From Patescibacteria group bacterium (GTDB taxonomy: Bacteria > Patescibacteriota > Minisyncoccia > Phycocordibacterales > JBHPGB01), in NCBI GenBank assembly GCA_042571085.1, contig JBHPGB010000001.1:3190-67189 (forward strand): a stretch of DNA of 64,000 bases. The letters run 5' to 3'. Every line of letters begins with the position of its first letter. Positions within the stretch are counted from its first letter, which is position 1. The notes under the pieces are model-generated. The model saw nothing but the letters and a program-made list of their open reading frames with translations. It was not told where the DNA came from and did no database searches. This document shows positions 19,382 through 28,894 of the stretch, in pieces. A program made the position numbers and the translations under genes.

Positions 19382-19939
19382 ATGACAGAAAACAAAGAAC
19401 AAAAGAATACAGTAGTTGAGAAAAAGGAGGCACCTAAGGCTTTTGCTGGTGGCGCTCGTCCTATGCGCCCTAAGAATAGAAACACAAGGCCACGCCGAAA
19501 AATAGAGCGAGTAAAGCCTGAGTTTGATCAAAAGATCCTTGATATTCGCCGCGTAACTCGTGTTGTTTCAGGAGGTCGTAGATTTAGTTTTTCTGTGGCT
19601 ATTGTTGCTGGAGATAGAAAAGGACGCATTGGTGTTGGAATTGGGAAAGCTTCTGATACAGCGCTTGCTATTGAAAAAGCATTCAAGAATGCGAAAAAGA
19701 ACATGATTAAGGTGAATTTAAATAAAGAAATGTCTATTCCACATGATGTGGAAGCAAAGCTTGGTAGTGCAAAATTGATTATTATGCCTGCACCAGGTCG
19801 CGGTATTGTTGCCGGATCTGCTGTGCGAAACATTTTGGACCTTGTTGGTGCAAAAAATGTTGGGGCAAAGATTTTGTCACGAAGTAAGAATAAACTAAAC
19901 ATTGCCCGAGCGACAATCAAGGCACTTAAGAAACTTTAA
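19382..19939 (+). CDS. rpsE: Ribosomal protein S5 with N-terminal extension
   Basis: 185 aa; VTRVVSGGRRFSFSVAIVAGD. Confidence 0.95.
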   Translation: MTENKEQKNTVVEKKEAPKAFAGGARPMRPKNRNTRPRRKIERVKPEFDQKILDIRRVTRVVSGGRRFSFSVAIVAGDRKGRIGVGIGKASDTALAIEKAFKNAKKNMIKVNLNKEMSIPHDVEAKLGSAKLIIMPAPGRGIVAGSAVRNILDLVGAKNVGAKILSRSKNKLNIARATIKALKKL

Positions 19940-19942
19940 AAT

Positions 19943-20395
19943 ATGCAATTACACGATCTACAAAGAAATAATCCAAACAAAAAAGCACGACGAGTTGGTC
20001 GTGGTGGTAAGCGTGGTAAGACGAGCGGCCGCGGTATGAAAGGTCAGAAGGCTCGCGCTGGTACAAGTGGACGCCCTGAAATGCGTGATATAATCAAGAA
20101 GTTGCCTAAGAAGCGTGGTTATGGAAAGAACCGAGCACGCACAGTAAACCCTAGTGCACTTAAGCCTGAAACAATAAACGTTTCATCACTCGAAGCTCTA
20201 TTTAATGCTGGTGAAAAGGTTACTCCTGCAGCATTACTTGAAAAGCGTTTGGTACGTCGTCAAAAGGGTAGAGCTCCAGTAGTTAAAATTTTGGGCACTG
20301 GTACTATCACTAAAAAACTAACTATCTCTGGTTGCGAATTTTCTACAAGTGCAAAAGAGAAAGTTGAAAAAGCAGGTGGAACAATCACAAACTAA
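19943..20395 (+). CDS. rplO: Ribosomal protein L15 (directly follows S5: no L30 gene)
   Basis: 150 aa; RVGRGGKRGKTSGRGMKGQKAR. Confidence 0.95.
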   Translation: MQLHDLQRNNPNKKARRVGRGGKRGKTSGRGMKGQKARAGTSGRPEMRDIIKKLPKKRGYGKNRARTVNPSALKPETINVSSLEALFNAGEKVTPAALLEKRLVRRQKGRAPVVKILGTGTITKKLTISGCEFSTSAKEKVEKAGGTITN

Positions 20396-20398
20396 TCT

Positions 20399-21667
20399 AT
20401 GGATTTAATTCAAAAAGCAAAACTCATCATTCGTGACAGCAGTTTGCGCAATCGCATCCTGTTTATTTTAGGTGCTCTTGTGCTTTTCCGTTTACTAGCA
20501 GTGATTCCGATTCCAGGAGTTGATACTTTGAAGTTGCAAGAATTTTTTGGTAACAATCAATTCCTAGGACTTTTGAATATTTTTTCTGGAGGAGGTTTGT
20601 CTAGCTTGTCTATTGTAATGCTTGGTGTTGCACCGTATATTACAGCATCTATTATTATGCAGCTTTCAACAGTAATGTCTGAAAAATTGAAGGCAATGTA
20701 TCATGATGATGGTGAAGCTGGACGAAAAAAGTTTTCACAATATTCTCGTTTCCTCACAGTACCACTTGGTGCAATTCAAGGATTTGGTTTTCTTACAGTG
20801 TTGCAAAGACAAGGTGTAATTGATCAATTATCTAGTACAGACTTCATAACAAACATAATCATTATTACCGCAGGTTCAGTACTGCTCATGTGGATTGGAG
20901 AGCTAATCTCAGAATTTGGTATTGGTAATGGTGTTTCTATAATTATTTTTGCAGGTATTGTTGCTTCGCTACCTACTACGATTAGTCAACTCGTATTTAC
21001 ATTTGATGTGTCACAAATCCCTCTATACCTAGGATTTGTTATTGCTGCTATAGCTGTTACGGCCGGTGTTGTTGCTATTACAGAAGCAGAACGCCCTATT
21101 CCTATCACATATGCAAAACGTGTACGCGGACAAAAAGTATACGGTGGAGTATCAACATACCTACCACTACGAGTGAACCAATCTGGTGTTATGCCAATTA
21201 TCTTCGCTCTGTCTATTTTGCTATTGCCACAAATGATTGTTGGATTCTTGGCAAATGCCGGTAACCCAACAGTACAGACTGTTTCATCAGCAATTCTTTC
21301 ATTCTTAGAAAATGGTTGGTTCTACTCAATTTTCTACTTCGTGTTAGTATTCCTATTTACATACTTCTACACAGCTATTACATTTGATCCACACGCAATT
21401 GCTACAAACCTGCAGAAAAGTGGAGCATTCGTACCAGGTGTACGACCAGGAAAAACAACCGAAGATTATATCGCAAAAATCGTTACTCGTATTACACTAG
21501 TAGGAGCAGTATTCCTAGGAGCTGTTGCTGTATTGCCTCTTGCTATGCAAGCAATCACAGGAATTACAGCGCTTGCCGTAGGTGGTACAGCACTTTTGAT
21601 TGCAGTGTCAGTGGTTCTCGATCTTGTTAAAAAGGTTGAAGCACAAATCTCAATGCGCGAGTATTAA
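20399..21667 (+). CDS. secY: Preprotein translocase subunit SecY
   Basis: 422 aa, 10 TM pattern, canonical SecY. Confidence 0.95.
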   Translation: MDLIQKAKLIIRDSSLRNRILFILGALVLFRLLAVIPIPGVDTLKLQEFFGNNQFLGLLNIFSGGGLSSLSIVMLGVAPYITASIIMQLSTVMSEKLKAMYHDDGEAGRKKFSQYSRFLTVPLGAIQGFGFLTVLQRQGVIDQLSSTDFITNIIIITAGSVLLMWIGELISEFGIGNGVSIIIFAGIVASLPTTISQLVFTFDVSQIPLYLGFVIAAIAVTAGVVAITEAERPIPITYAKRVRGQKVYGGVSTYLPLRVNQSGVMPIIFALSILLLPQMIVGFLANAGNPTVQTVSSAILSFLENGWFYSIFYFVLVFLFTYFYTAITFDPHAIATNLQKSGAFVPGVRPGKTTEDYIAKIVTRITLVGAVFLGAVAVLPLAMQAITGITALAVGGTALLIAVSVVLDLVKKVEAQISMREY

Positions 21668-21775
21668 AAAAGAGCTTCTAGTGAGTAGTGTAAACCTTTT
21701 TATTTCAAAAGCGCCGGCATAGCTGGCGTTTCTGCATACTTGATACCTTATACCTAATATCTTATACTTAAAAAC

Positions 21776-22378
21776 ATGACTAAACCACAAACATTCATAT
21801 TCTTTGGACGTTCTGGCTCTGGAAAGGGTACACAGGCGCGTCTTTTGGTGAAAAAACTTACTGAAACAAATTCTCATAAAGTTTTATTTTTTGAAACTGG
21901 AAAAAAATTCAGGGAATTTATGGAGTCTGATTCACACACAGCTAAGATTACAAAGGAAATAATCAATTCAGGAGGTTTGCTGCCAGAGTTTTTACCAATT
22001 TGGGTATGGACTGATTTTTTTGTAAAAAATCTGACAGGAAATGAACACTTGGTACTTGATGGAGTATCACGTGACAAAGACGAAGCTGATATTTTAGACA
22101 ACGCTCTTAAGTTTTATAAAAGAGAAAAGCCATTTATAATCAATATAAACATGTCGCGAGAACGTGCGACTGAGCTGATGAAAGGCAGAGGGCGTGCTGA
22201 TGATGAAGATGAAGATATTGCCAAAAGACATGATTGGTATGATTCTGATGTGGTTCCATCAATAGAATATTTTCGTACAAATCCAGACTACATATTTTTG
22301 GATATAGATGGTGAAAAAGCAATTGAAGAAGTGCAGGCTGAAATTTCAAATAAAATCGCTTCTGCCCAAGTAGAATAG
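21776..22378 (+). CDS. adk: Adenylate kinase-like nucleoside monophosphate kinase
   Basis: P-loop FFGRSGSGKGTQ; position after secY. Confidence 0.8.
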   Translation: MTKPQTFIFFGRSGSGKGTQARLLVKKLTETNSHKVLFFETGKKFREFMESDSHTAKITKEIINSGGLLPEFLPIWVWTDFFVKNLTGNEHLVLDGVSRDKDEADILDNALKFYKREKPFIININMSRERATELMKGRGRADDEDEDIAKRHDWYDSDVVPSIEYFRTNPDYIFLDIDGEKAIEEVQAEISNKIASAQVE

Positions 22379-22382
22379 TTTT

Positions 22383-23147
22383 ATGAAACCGTACTCACAA
22401 AAAGAAATAGATTTGTTGAGAGAGGGTGGTAAAAGACTTGCTAATATTTTACACACAGTTGCGCGTGAAGTGCGACCAGGTGTAACAACAAAAGAATTAG
22501 ACACTCTTGCCGAGAAATTAATTCGTGATGGTGGCGATGAGCCAGCCTTTTTAAACTATAAACCAGAGGGTGCCAGTAGGCCCTATCCGGCGAGTTTGTG
22601 CGTGTCTGTTAACAATGAGATCGTCCACGGTCTCCCGGGTGATAGAGTATTAGAGCAAGGTGATATCGTAGGACTTGATCTCGGTTTGACTCATGGCGGA
22701 CTTGTCACAGATTCTGCAATTACAGTGCCTGTTGGAAATATAAGTAAGGAAAAACAGTGGCTCTCTGACGCCACACTAGGCGCCCTACACGCCGGTATTG
22801 ATGCAGCACGTGCCGGGAACACTATTGGAGATATTGGGCACGCAATAGAGGAGTTTATAAAGCCATATGGTTATGGACTCATAGAAGAGCTTGGTGGGCA
22901 TGGCGTTGGTAGGAAAGTGCACGAAGAGCCGTTTATCGCTAATTATGGCAAGAAAGGTACTGGTATGAAATTGATGCCTGGAGTGGTAATAGCTCTTGAG
23001 CCAATGTTTACTCTTGGAGGAAAAGATGTGATTTTGGCCAAAGATGGTTTCACATTTAAAACAGCCGATCGCTCTACATCTGCACATTTTGAACACACAA
23101 TATTAATCACAGAAGACGAGCCAGAAATATTAACACAATTACAATAA
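22383..23147 (+). CDS. map: Methionine aminopeptidase type I
   Basis: 254 aa; metal-binding D/D/H/E/E pattern (HGVGRKVHEEP). Confidence 0.93.
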   Translation: MKPYSQKEIDLLREGGKRLANILHTVAREVRPGVTTKELDTLAEKLIRDGGDEPAFLNYKPEGASRPYPASLCVSVNNEIVHGLPGDRVLEQGDIVGLDLGLTHGGLVTDSAITVPVGNISKEKQWLSDATLGALHAGIDAARAGNTIGDIGHAIEEFIKPYGYGLIEELGGHGVGRKVHEEPFIANYGKKGTGMKLMPGVVIALEPMFTLGGKDVILAKDGFTFKTADRSTSAHFEHTILITEDEPEILTQLQ

Positions 23148-23256
23148 TGTTGATTTGGGGAGAGAGTGATGTTAGTATGTGTGAATTCAGTCATCGAAAA
23201 TTAAATTTTCATTTTTTTAGTGATAGATTTTTGCACAAATTGCATTTATGAAAAAC

Positions 23257-23289
23257 GAGATATAGCCTTAGCTACATTGAGTTTTGAAT
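23257..23289 (+). promoter_or_regulatory. 33-bp motif GAGATATAGCCTTAGCTACATTGAgTTTTGAAT upstream of ndk; inverted copy upstream of comFC at 57433-57465
   Basis: 34/35 identity between two sites 34 kb apart, each 30-90 bp upstream of a gene start. Confidence 0.6.
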
Positions 23290-23378
23290 GGATGTAAGAG
23301 GTGTGAAAATATACACTAAAAATGTGGAAATTTTGTTTGAGGAGACTGATCTATTAATAAAATAAAATTTAAAGTAAA

Positions 23379-23855
23379 ATGGAAAATCCAAAAGAAGAAC
23401 AGACATTAATAATTATGAAGCCTGATTGTTTGCAGAGAAGTTTGGCTGGAGAAATCTTGCGCCGCTTTGAAAGAAAGGGCCTTAAGATTATTGGATTGAA
23501 GATGATGCAATTAGAAGATGCGGTTCTTGAGGCACATTATGCGCACATCAAAGACAAACCATTTTTTGGTGGGATTAAGAATTATATGAAATCTGCACCA
23601 GTTATCGTAATTGCACTTTCAGGAATTAATGCTGTTTCTGCCGTACGGCTGATCGTCGGACCAACTAAAGGGCAAGAAGCAGACGCAGGAAGTATTCGTG
23701 GAGACTTTTCAATCAGTGGGCAATCAAACATTGTACACGCATCAGATTCAGTTGAAAACGGAGAAAAAGAAATCGAAAGATTTTTCTCTAAAGAAGAATT
23801 GTTTGAGTATAAAAAGTTAGGCTACGAATATATCTACGCCGACGAGTCTTTCTAA
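23379..23855 (+). CDS. ndk: Nucleoside diphosphate kinase
   Basis: 158 aa; active-site region NIVHASD. Confidence 0.9.
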   Translation: MENPKEEQTLIIMKPDCLQRSLAGEILRRFERKGLKIIGLKMMQLEDAVLEAHYAHIKDKPFFGGIKNYMKSAPVIVIALSGINAVSAVRLIVGPTKGQEADAGSIRGDFSISGQSNIVHASDSVENGEKEIERFFSKEELFEYKKLGYEYIYADESF

Positions 23856-23943
23856 AAAATAGAAATCATTTATTGGGTTACGTCAAAAGATATTATTCTT
23901 CAAAGTGAAAAAGAAGGTGCGGGCATAGCCCGCGCCTTCTTGC

Positions 23944-23973
23944 TTGACTATGAAATACAGAATGGAATATACT
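23944..23973 (+). promoter_or_regulatory. Strong sigma70-like promoter (TTGACT-18-TATACT) driving a non-coding transcript
   Basis: TTGACT 23944-23949; TATACT 23968-23973. Confidence 0.55.
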
Positions 23974-23979
23974 GCAAGT

Positions 23980-24133
23980 AGGGTTACCTGGGATATTATC
24001 TAGGTTAAACAAATTTTTAAGGGAGTCTAATCGCGCTGCGACAAGGTCGTAGTGTTGCGGACACCCACCTAGTATCACGCTAGGTTAATATTCTGGGAAT
24101 CCTACATAAAAAATCTGCTTTTGCAGATTTTTT
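23980..24133 (+). ncRNA. Candidate small RNA (about 150 nt) of unassigned family, bounded by consensus promoter and intrinsic terminator
   Basis: No ORF of note; ends in ATCTGC-tttt-GCAGAT plus T6 at 24108-24133; region contains short direct repeats CTAGGTTAA. Confidence 0.45.
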
Positions 24134-24233
24134 ATGTAAGAGTCTCAGCAAACTGATAACTAATCATGAAAAATTCGCACTAAAGTTTTATTTGCGCGAA
24201 TTTTTCATTATATATTCATGATATAATATATTC

Positions 24234-24626
24234 ATGATTACTCCGAAACGCAAAACATTCGCCCTGCTAGCGGCGCTGTTGTATGTGATACTTACACTAC
24301 ATTTACTAGCGCTATATTTTTATTGGTATTGGATGTTCTGGTGGTATGACATATTACTACATTTTCTTGGTGGTTTGTGGCTTGGCGGTACCGCATTATG
24401 GTTTTTGCAGTATGTTAAAGAGAAGCCAATGAGTCGCTTTAAACAATATATGTTTCCTGTCGCTATGGTAATACTTATAGGGCTAGGATGGGAACTCTTT
24501 GAATTTAGTTTAGACACATTCGTTATTTTCCAAACAAATGATATCATAGATACTATAAGCGATTTGTGGATGGATGTTGCAGGAAGTCTCACAGCAACAA
24601 TTTTTATGATAAAAAATTACAACTAA
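24234..24626 (+). CDS. Hypothetical integral membrane protein
   Basis: 130 aa, 4 predicted TM helices, Trp-rich. Confidence 0.5.
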   Translation: MITPKRKTFALLAALLYVILTLHLLALYFYWYWMFWWYDILLHFLGGLWLGGTALWFLQYVKEKPMSRFKQYMFPVAMVILIGLGWELFEFSLDTFVIFQTNDIIDTISDLWMDVAGSLTATIFMIKNYN

Positions 24627-24627
24627 T

Positions 24628-26028
24628 ATGGAAGAAAATAATCAAAAAAGTAAAACAAAAAATACTTCAACCATAACATTCTATGGCGGTGCGAATACTG
24701 TAACCGGTTCTAATTTTATGTTTAAAGATGATGTTAGTGGCACTACAATACTTATTGACTGTGGACTCTTGCAAGGTAAAAAAATAGCAGCTGATGAAAA
24801 CCGTAAGCCATTTGCATATGATCCGACTAAGGTTGATATTCTTTTTATTACACATGCGCACATTGATCACATCGGCCTTATTCCTAAGTTAGTAAAAGAG
24901 GGTTTTCATGGAAAAATTTACTCCACACCACCAACAAGAGAAATAGCAGAACACATGCTGGTAGACAGTATGGGTGTGCTCGGTAAAGAAGCGAAGCGTG
25001 ATGGTTTGCCTGTAATCTATGATGCAGAAGATGTGCGCAAGGCAATGGCTTTGTGGGAAACGATTCCGTATCATAAGGCGACGGATATGCCTGGTGGATT
25101 TCAGATTACTCTACTCGACGCAGGGCATATACTAGGATCAGCAATGGTTGAAATTGTGCGCGATGGTAGAAAAATTGTATTTACTGGTGACCTTGGCAAC
25201 TCACCAGCGCCACTTTTGCGCGATACTGAAAAGCTGAAAGGAGTGCACTATCTAATAATGGAAAGTGTATATGGAGATCGTAATCACGAAACAAGAGCCG
25301 AGCGAAAACAAATGCTTGAGGATGTGATTGAGGAGACTGTTCTAGCCGGTGGTACGCTTATGGTTCCAGCCTTTTCTCTTGAACGAACACAAATATTACT
25401 TTTCGAAATAAAAGACCTTGTTGATAATGGTCGCATTCCTAAAGTACCGATTTTTCTTGATTCGCCACTCGCTATAAAAGTTACGGGAGTATATAAAAAA
25501 AGTGCTGAATATTTTAACACCAATGCGCACGACATAGTAACTGGTGGTGAAGATGTGTTTAAATTTCCAAACCTAAAGTTTTCAATGGAAACAGAAGAGT
25601 CAAAAGCAATAGCTGGCGTGCCGAGTCCTAAAGTAATAATTGCTGGATCTGGAATGTCTAACGGCGGTCGTATTATTCACCACGAAAAAATGTATCTTCC
25701 AGATCCAAAAAATACACTATTGATAATTGGATATCAGGCAGCTGGCACACCAGGTAGAATGTTGGCAGACGGTGTGAAGAATGTAAAGATTTTAGGTACA
25801 GAAGTTCCTGTGAACGCTCGTATTGCAAAAATAAGTGGATATTCTGCACACAAAGATTCAGACGGACTTGTTGATCTTGTGAAAGACACGGCTGATTCGT
25901 TAGAAAAAGTATTTGTAACAATGGGTGAGCCCAAATCAGCAACCTTCCTTGCTCAAAGATTGCGAGATTACTTAGGAGTACAAGCGGTTCTTCCGGAGCA
26001 GTGGCAAAGTATACAGGTTGATGTGTAG
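24628..26028 (+). CDS. MBL-fold beta-CASP family RNA-metabolising hydrolase (RNase J-like)
   Basis: ILFITHAHIDHIG metallo-beta-lactamase motif plus beta-CASP region. Confidence 0.75.
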   Translation: MEENNQKSKTKNTSTITFYGGANTVTGSNFMFKDDVSGTTILIDCGLLQGKKIAADENRKPFAYDPTKVDILFITHAHIDHIGLIPKLVKEGFHGKIYSTPPTREIAEHMLVDSMGVLGKEAKRDGLPVIYDAEDVRKAMALWETIPYHKATDMPGGFQITLLDAGHILGSAMVEIVRDGRKIVFTGDLGNSPAPLLRDTEKLKGVHYLIMESVYGDRNHETRAERKQMLEDVIEETVLAGGTLMVPAFSLERTQILLFEIKDLVDNGRIPKVPIFLDSPLAIKVTGVYKKSAEYFNTNAHDIVTGGEDVFKFPNLKFSMETEESKAIAGVPSPKVIIAGSGMSNGGRIIHHEKMYLPDPKNTLLIIGYQAAGTPGRMLADGVKNVKILGTEVPVNARIAKISGYSAHKDSDGLVDLVKDTADSLEKVFVTMGEPKSATFLAQRLRDYLGVQAVLPEQWQSIQVDV

Positions 26029-26104
26029 AATCCCTGTCAGCTCTGTTTTTGGGTGCAAAATATGGTATAATCTTCTCAAGGTAATTTAAAAAATATTTTA
26101 TAAT

Positions 26105-26734
26105 ATGTTAGAACAACAAAATAAACAAAAATTTAGAATTTGTGTATCTGGTGCTGCAGAAACTGGGCATTGCGGTATTGATGCGCTGGATAAAGCAAAA
26201 AATTTAGGACGCGAAATTGTGAAGCAAGACGGAATTCTTTTAACTGGCGCAACCACAGGTTTCCCACTATGGTCTGCCATGGGTGCTAAAGAGGAAGAAG
26301 GTGTTTCTATCGGTATTTCACCAGCGGCGTCTCCTAAAGAACATGTAGACGCGTACCGTCTACCACTTGAATACACTGATTTAATCATGTACACAGGATT
26401 TGGGTACGCCGGAAGAGATTTATTGCTCGTGCGTTCGTCAGAAGCAGTAATTGTTGGATGTGGACGTGTTGGAACAATACATGAATTTACAGTTGCCTTT
26501 GAAGATGATAAGCCAATTGGAGTATTGGAAGGAGATTGGGAAATGGATGAGACAATCAAAAGAATTATTGAAAAAAGTAATCGTAAGCATGAAAAGATTG
26601 TGTTTGATGCTGATCCTAAAACTTTAATAAAAAAGATCATTGCTTTAATCGAAGAAGATAGGGGCTCAGATAGAGAAACCTATAGCTACCGTCCAGCAGA
26701 AGATGCGGCAGCAAAGCCAGAAGTTAGAGGCTAA
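26105..26734 (+). CDS. LOG/TIGR00725-like Rossmann-fold protein
   Basis: ICVSGAAETGHCG...LLTGATTG...YTGFGYAGRDLL pattern. Confidence 0.55.
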   Translation: MLEQQNKQKFRICVSGAAETGHCGIDALDKAKNLGREIVKQDGILLTGATTGFPLWSAMGAKEEEGVSIGISPAASPKEHVDAYRLPLEYTDLIMYTGFGYAGRDLLLVRSSEAVIVGCGRVGTIHEFTVAFEDDKPIGVLEGDWEMDETIKRIIEKSNRKHEKIVFDADPKTLIKKIIALIEEDRGSDRETYSYRPAEDAAAKPEVRG

Positions 26735-26809
26735 ATAATTCAATTCTTTTTGAAAACCACCGACAAGTCGGTGGTTTTCATTTGCTATCTTGGGATGTAC
26801 AATATACAC

Positions 26810-27385
26810 ATGAATGTAGAATTAGAAAAACTAGCTGAACAAATACGTATTTGTGAAAAATGTCCACTTGCTGAAGGACGCTTATATGCTGTGCCAGGGT
26901 CAGGTAGTGGAAAATCTGGAATTGTATTTATAGGCGAGGGGCCAGGCGCGAGAGAAGATAAGATTGGAGAACCATTTGTCGGTGCTGCTGGAAAATTTTT
27001 GGATGAAATGCTCGCTGACATTGGGCTCAAAAGAGCGGATGTGTTTATTACCAATATTGTGAAGTGTCGCCCACCAAACAACAGAGACCCTCTTCCTGAT
27101 GAAGTGAAGATTTGTACAGAAAATTTTTTGTGGAAACAATTGGAAATCCTTAATCCAAAAGTAATTATTACGCTAGGTAGACATGCTATGCATAGATTTA
27201 TTCCGTCCGACAAAAAGATAGGAGAGGTGCACGGTATGTTGTTTCATCTCACGAGCCCAAAAACAGATAAAAAGTTTAATATTTTACCACTCTATCATCC
27301 TGCCGCTGCATTATATAATGGAGGTCTGCGCAAAACACTTAAAGAAGATTTTCAAAATGTGCCTAAAATAATTAAGGAATTATAA
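26810..27385 (+). CDS. Uracil-DNA glycosylase, family 4 (start at internal Met)
   Basis: GEGPGAREDKIGEPFVGAAG and ITNIVKCRPPNNRDP motifs; 4Fe-4S Cys ligands. Confidence 0.85.
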   Translation: MNVELEKLAEQIRICEKCPLAEGRLYAVPGSGSGKSGIVFIGEGPGAREDKIGEPFVGAAGKFLDEMLADIGLKRADVFITNIVKCRPPNNRDPLPDEVKICTENFLWKQLEILNPKVIITLGRHAMHRFIPSDKKIGEVHGMLFHLTSPKTDKKFNILPLYHPAAALYNGGLRKTLKEDFQNVPKIIKEL

Positions 27386-27687
27386 AAAAGCCCCCGCCTA
27401 GTGCAATGGGACTCATGGGAGAAGTTTGGTCCCGATACAGCACGTTGGCGGAGGAAAACAGTGAGTGCACTCACTAAAACTAACGCAAATGGTTATATAC
27501 ACAGTATACCTTATTTTAATTTATAAAAAAAAGACCCATCCGGGGAGAGAGGGATGGGTCTGAAAAGCGCTGTTAGGCGCTGGAGGAGGATAGTTGGTTA
27601 ATGTTCAACCTGTTACATATACTACACCATATCTGAAAAAAAGCAAGCCCCTAAAAAACAGCCGGAGTAGGCTGTTTTTTCGTATAT

Positions 27688-28029
27688 TTATGCAACTTCC
27701 TTAACAATTTTTACAAATGTTTCAGGGTTGTTTTCTGCCAAATCTGCAAGAATTTTTCTATCAAGTGCAACTTCTTTCTTTTTAAGTGCACCGATTAGCT
27801 TGCTGTATGAGATGCCGTTTTCACGTGCTAGAGCATTTATCTTGATTTGCCATAAACGACGGAAGTCATTTTTCTTTTTACGACGGTGTGCAAAAGCGTG
27901 TACTCCAGCGTGAACAATAGCTTCCTTGGCTTGTCGTTCTTTTGTACTGCGTCCAAAACGATACCCTTTAACTGCTTTAAGGATATTGCGACGACGCTTC
28001 ATTGATGTTGTTCCTCTTTTTACTCGCAT
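27688..28029 (-). CDS. rplT: Ribosomal protein L20
   Basis: 113 aa canonical L20. Confidence 0.93.
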   Translation of the reverse strand: MRVKRGTTSMKRRRNILKAVKGYRFGRSTKERQAKEAIVHAGVHAFAHRRKKKNDFRRLWQIKINALARENGISYSKLIGALKKKEVALDRKILADLAENNPETFVKIVKEVA

Positions 28030-28052
28030 GATTTTTAAGTTATTTTATATAA

Positions 28053-28241
28053 TTATTTCTTTGGAAGAAATTGGCTCTTATCTTTATTGCTGATTTTAAA
28101 CTCAACCGCTTTCTTTCCGTGTAGCTGTGTCTTACGAGACTGTTTTGCATTGAAATGGTTAAAGCCCGGTTTGCGCGCTAGCACCTTGCCGGTTTTTGTT
28201 ACTTTAAGTCTTTTTGATAGTGATTTGTTTGTTTTTGTCAT
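28053..28241 (-). CDS. rpmI: Ribosomal protein L35
   Basis: 62 aa K/R-rich. Confidence 0.85.
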   Translation of the reverse strand: MTKTNKSLSKRLKVTKTGKVLARKPGFNHFNAKQSRKTQLHGKKAVEFKISNKDKSQFLPKK

Positions 28242-28278
28242 ATTACTTATTTAAAAACTTTCATAAATTTTGGAAGTT

Positions 28279-28785
28279 TTACTTGCTCTTCTCTAATATT
28301 ACGGTTAGACCCTTTGGGCTCTTCTTCGGACCATCAGCTATTTTATAGTTTTCGGTTATAAGTACCAAAAGTCTATCCATACGCTCTTTAAGAAAATCTT
28401 GCTTCATGTATTTAGCACGTCCTGCAAGGAAAAGATCAAGTTTGATACGGTGTCCTTCCTTAAGCCACTTAGAAGCATTCTTTGCCTTCAGGTTAAGGTC
28501 GTGTTCCCCAGTACCAATTTTTACCTGTAGTACTTTTGTTTCCGTTACACTTGCTTTTGCCTTAGTTTCCTTTTGCTTTTTCTTCTGATCGTACTGAAAT
28601 TTTCCGTAATCGGTAATTTTAACAATCGGCGGCTTAGCATTTGGCGATATTTCAATAAGATCAAGCCCGTCAGCTTGTGCTTTGCTTATGGCCTCTCTTG
28701 TTGGCATTGTGCCGAGATTTTCCCCGTCGTCATTCAATACGCGTACTTCAGCGGCCCTTATTTGATTGTTTATTCTTACTTTCAA
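28279..28785 (-). CDS. infC: Translation initiation factor IF-3
   Basis: 168 aa; N and C domains of IF3. Confidence 0.92.
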   Translation of the reverse strand: MKVRINNQIRAAEVRVLNDDGENLGTMPTREAISKAQADGLDLIEISPNAKPPIVKITDYGKFQYDQKKKQKETKAKASVTETKVLQVKIGTGEHDLNLKAKNASKWLKEGHRIKLDLFLAGRAKYMKQDFLKERMDRLLVLITENYKIADGPKKSPKGLTVILEKSK

Positions 28786-28894
28786 AATACTTTAAAAAAT
28801 CCCGATTTCGGGATAATGGTGATATATTACAGGAGTTATGCAAATAAGTCAAATTCATGACAGGGTCATATAATATAGACTTTTTGACTATAAT

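Noticed and set aside
23893-24078. 61-aa minus-strand ORF
   Set aside because: It lies entirely within the promoter-to-terminator non-coding transcript candidate, has no RBS and an atypical composition; judged spurious.
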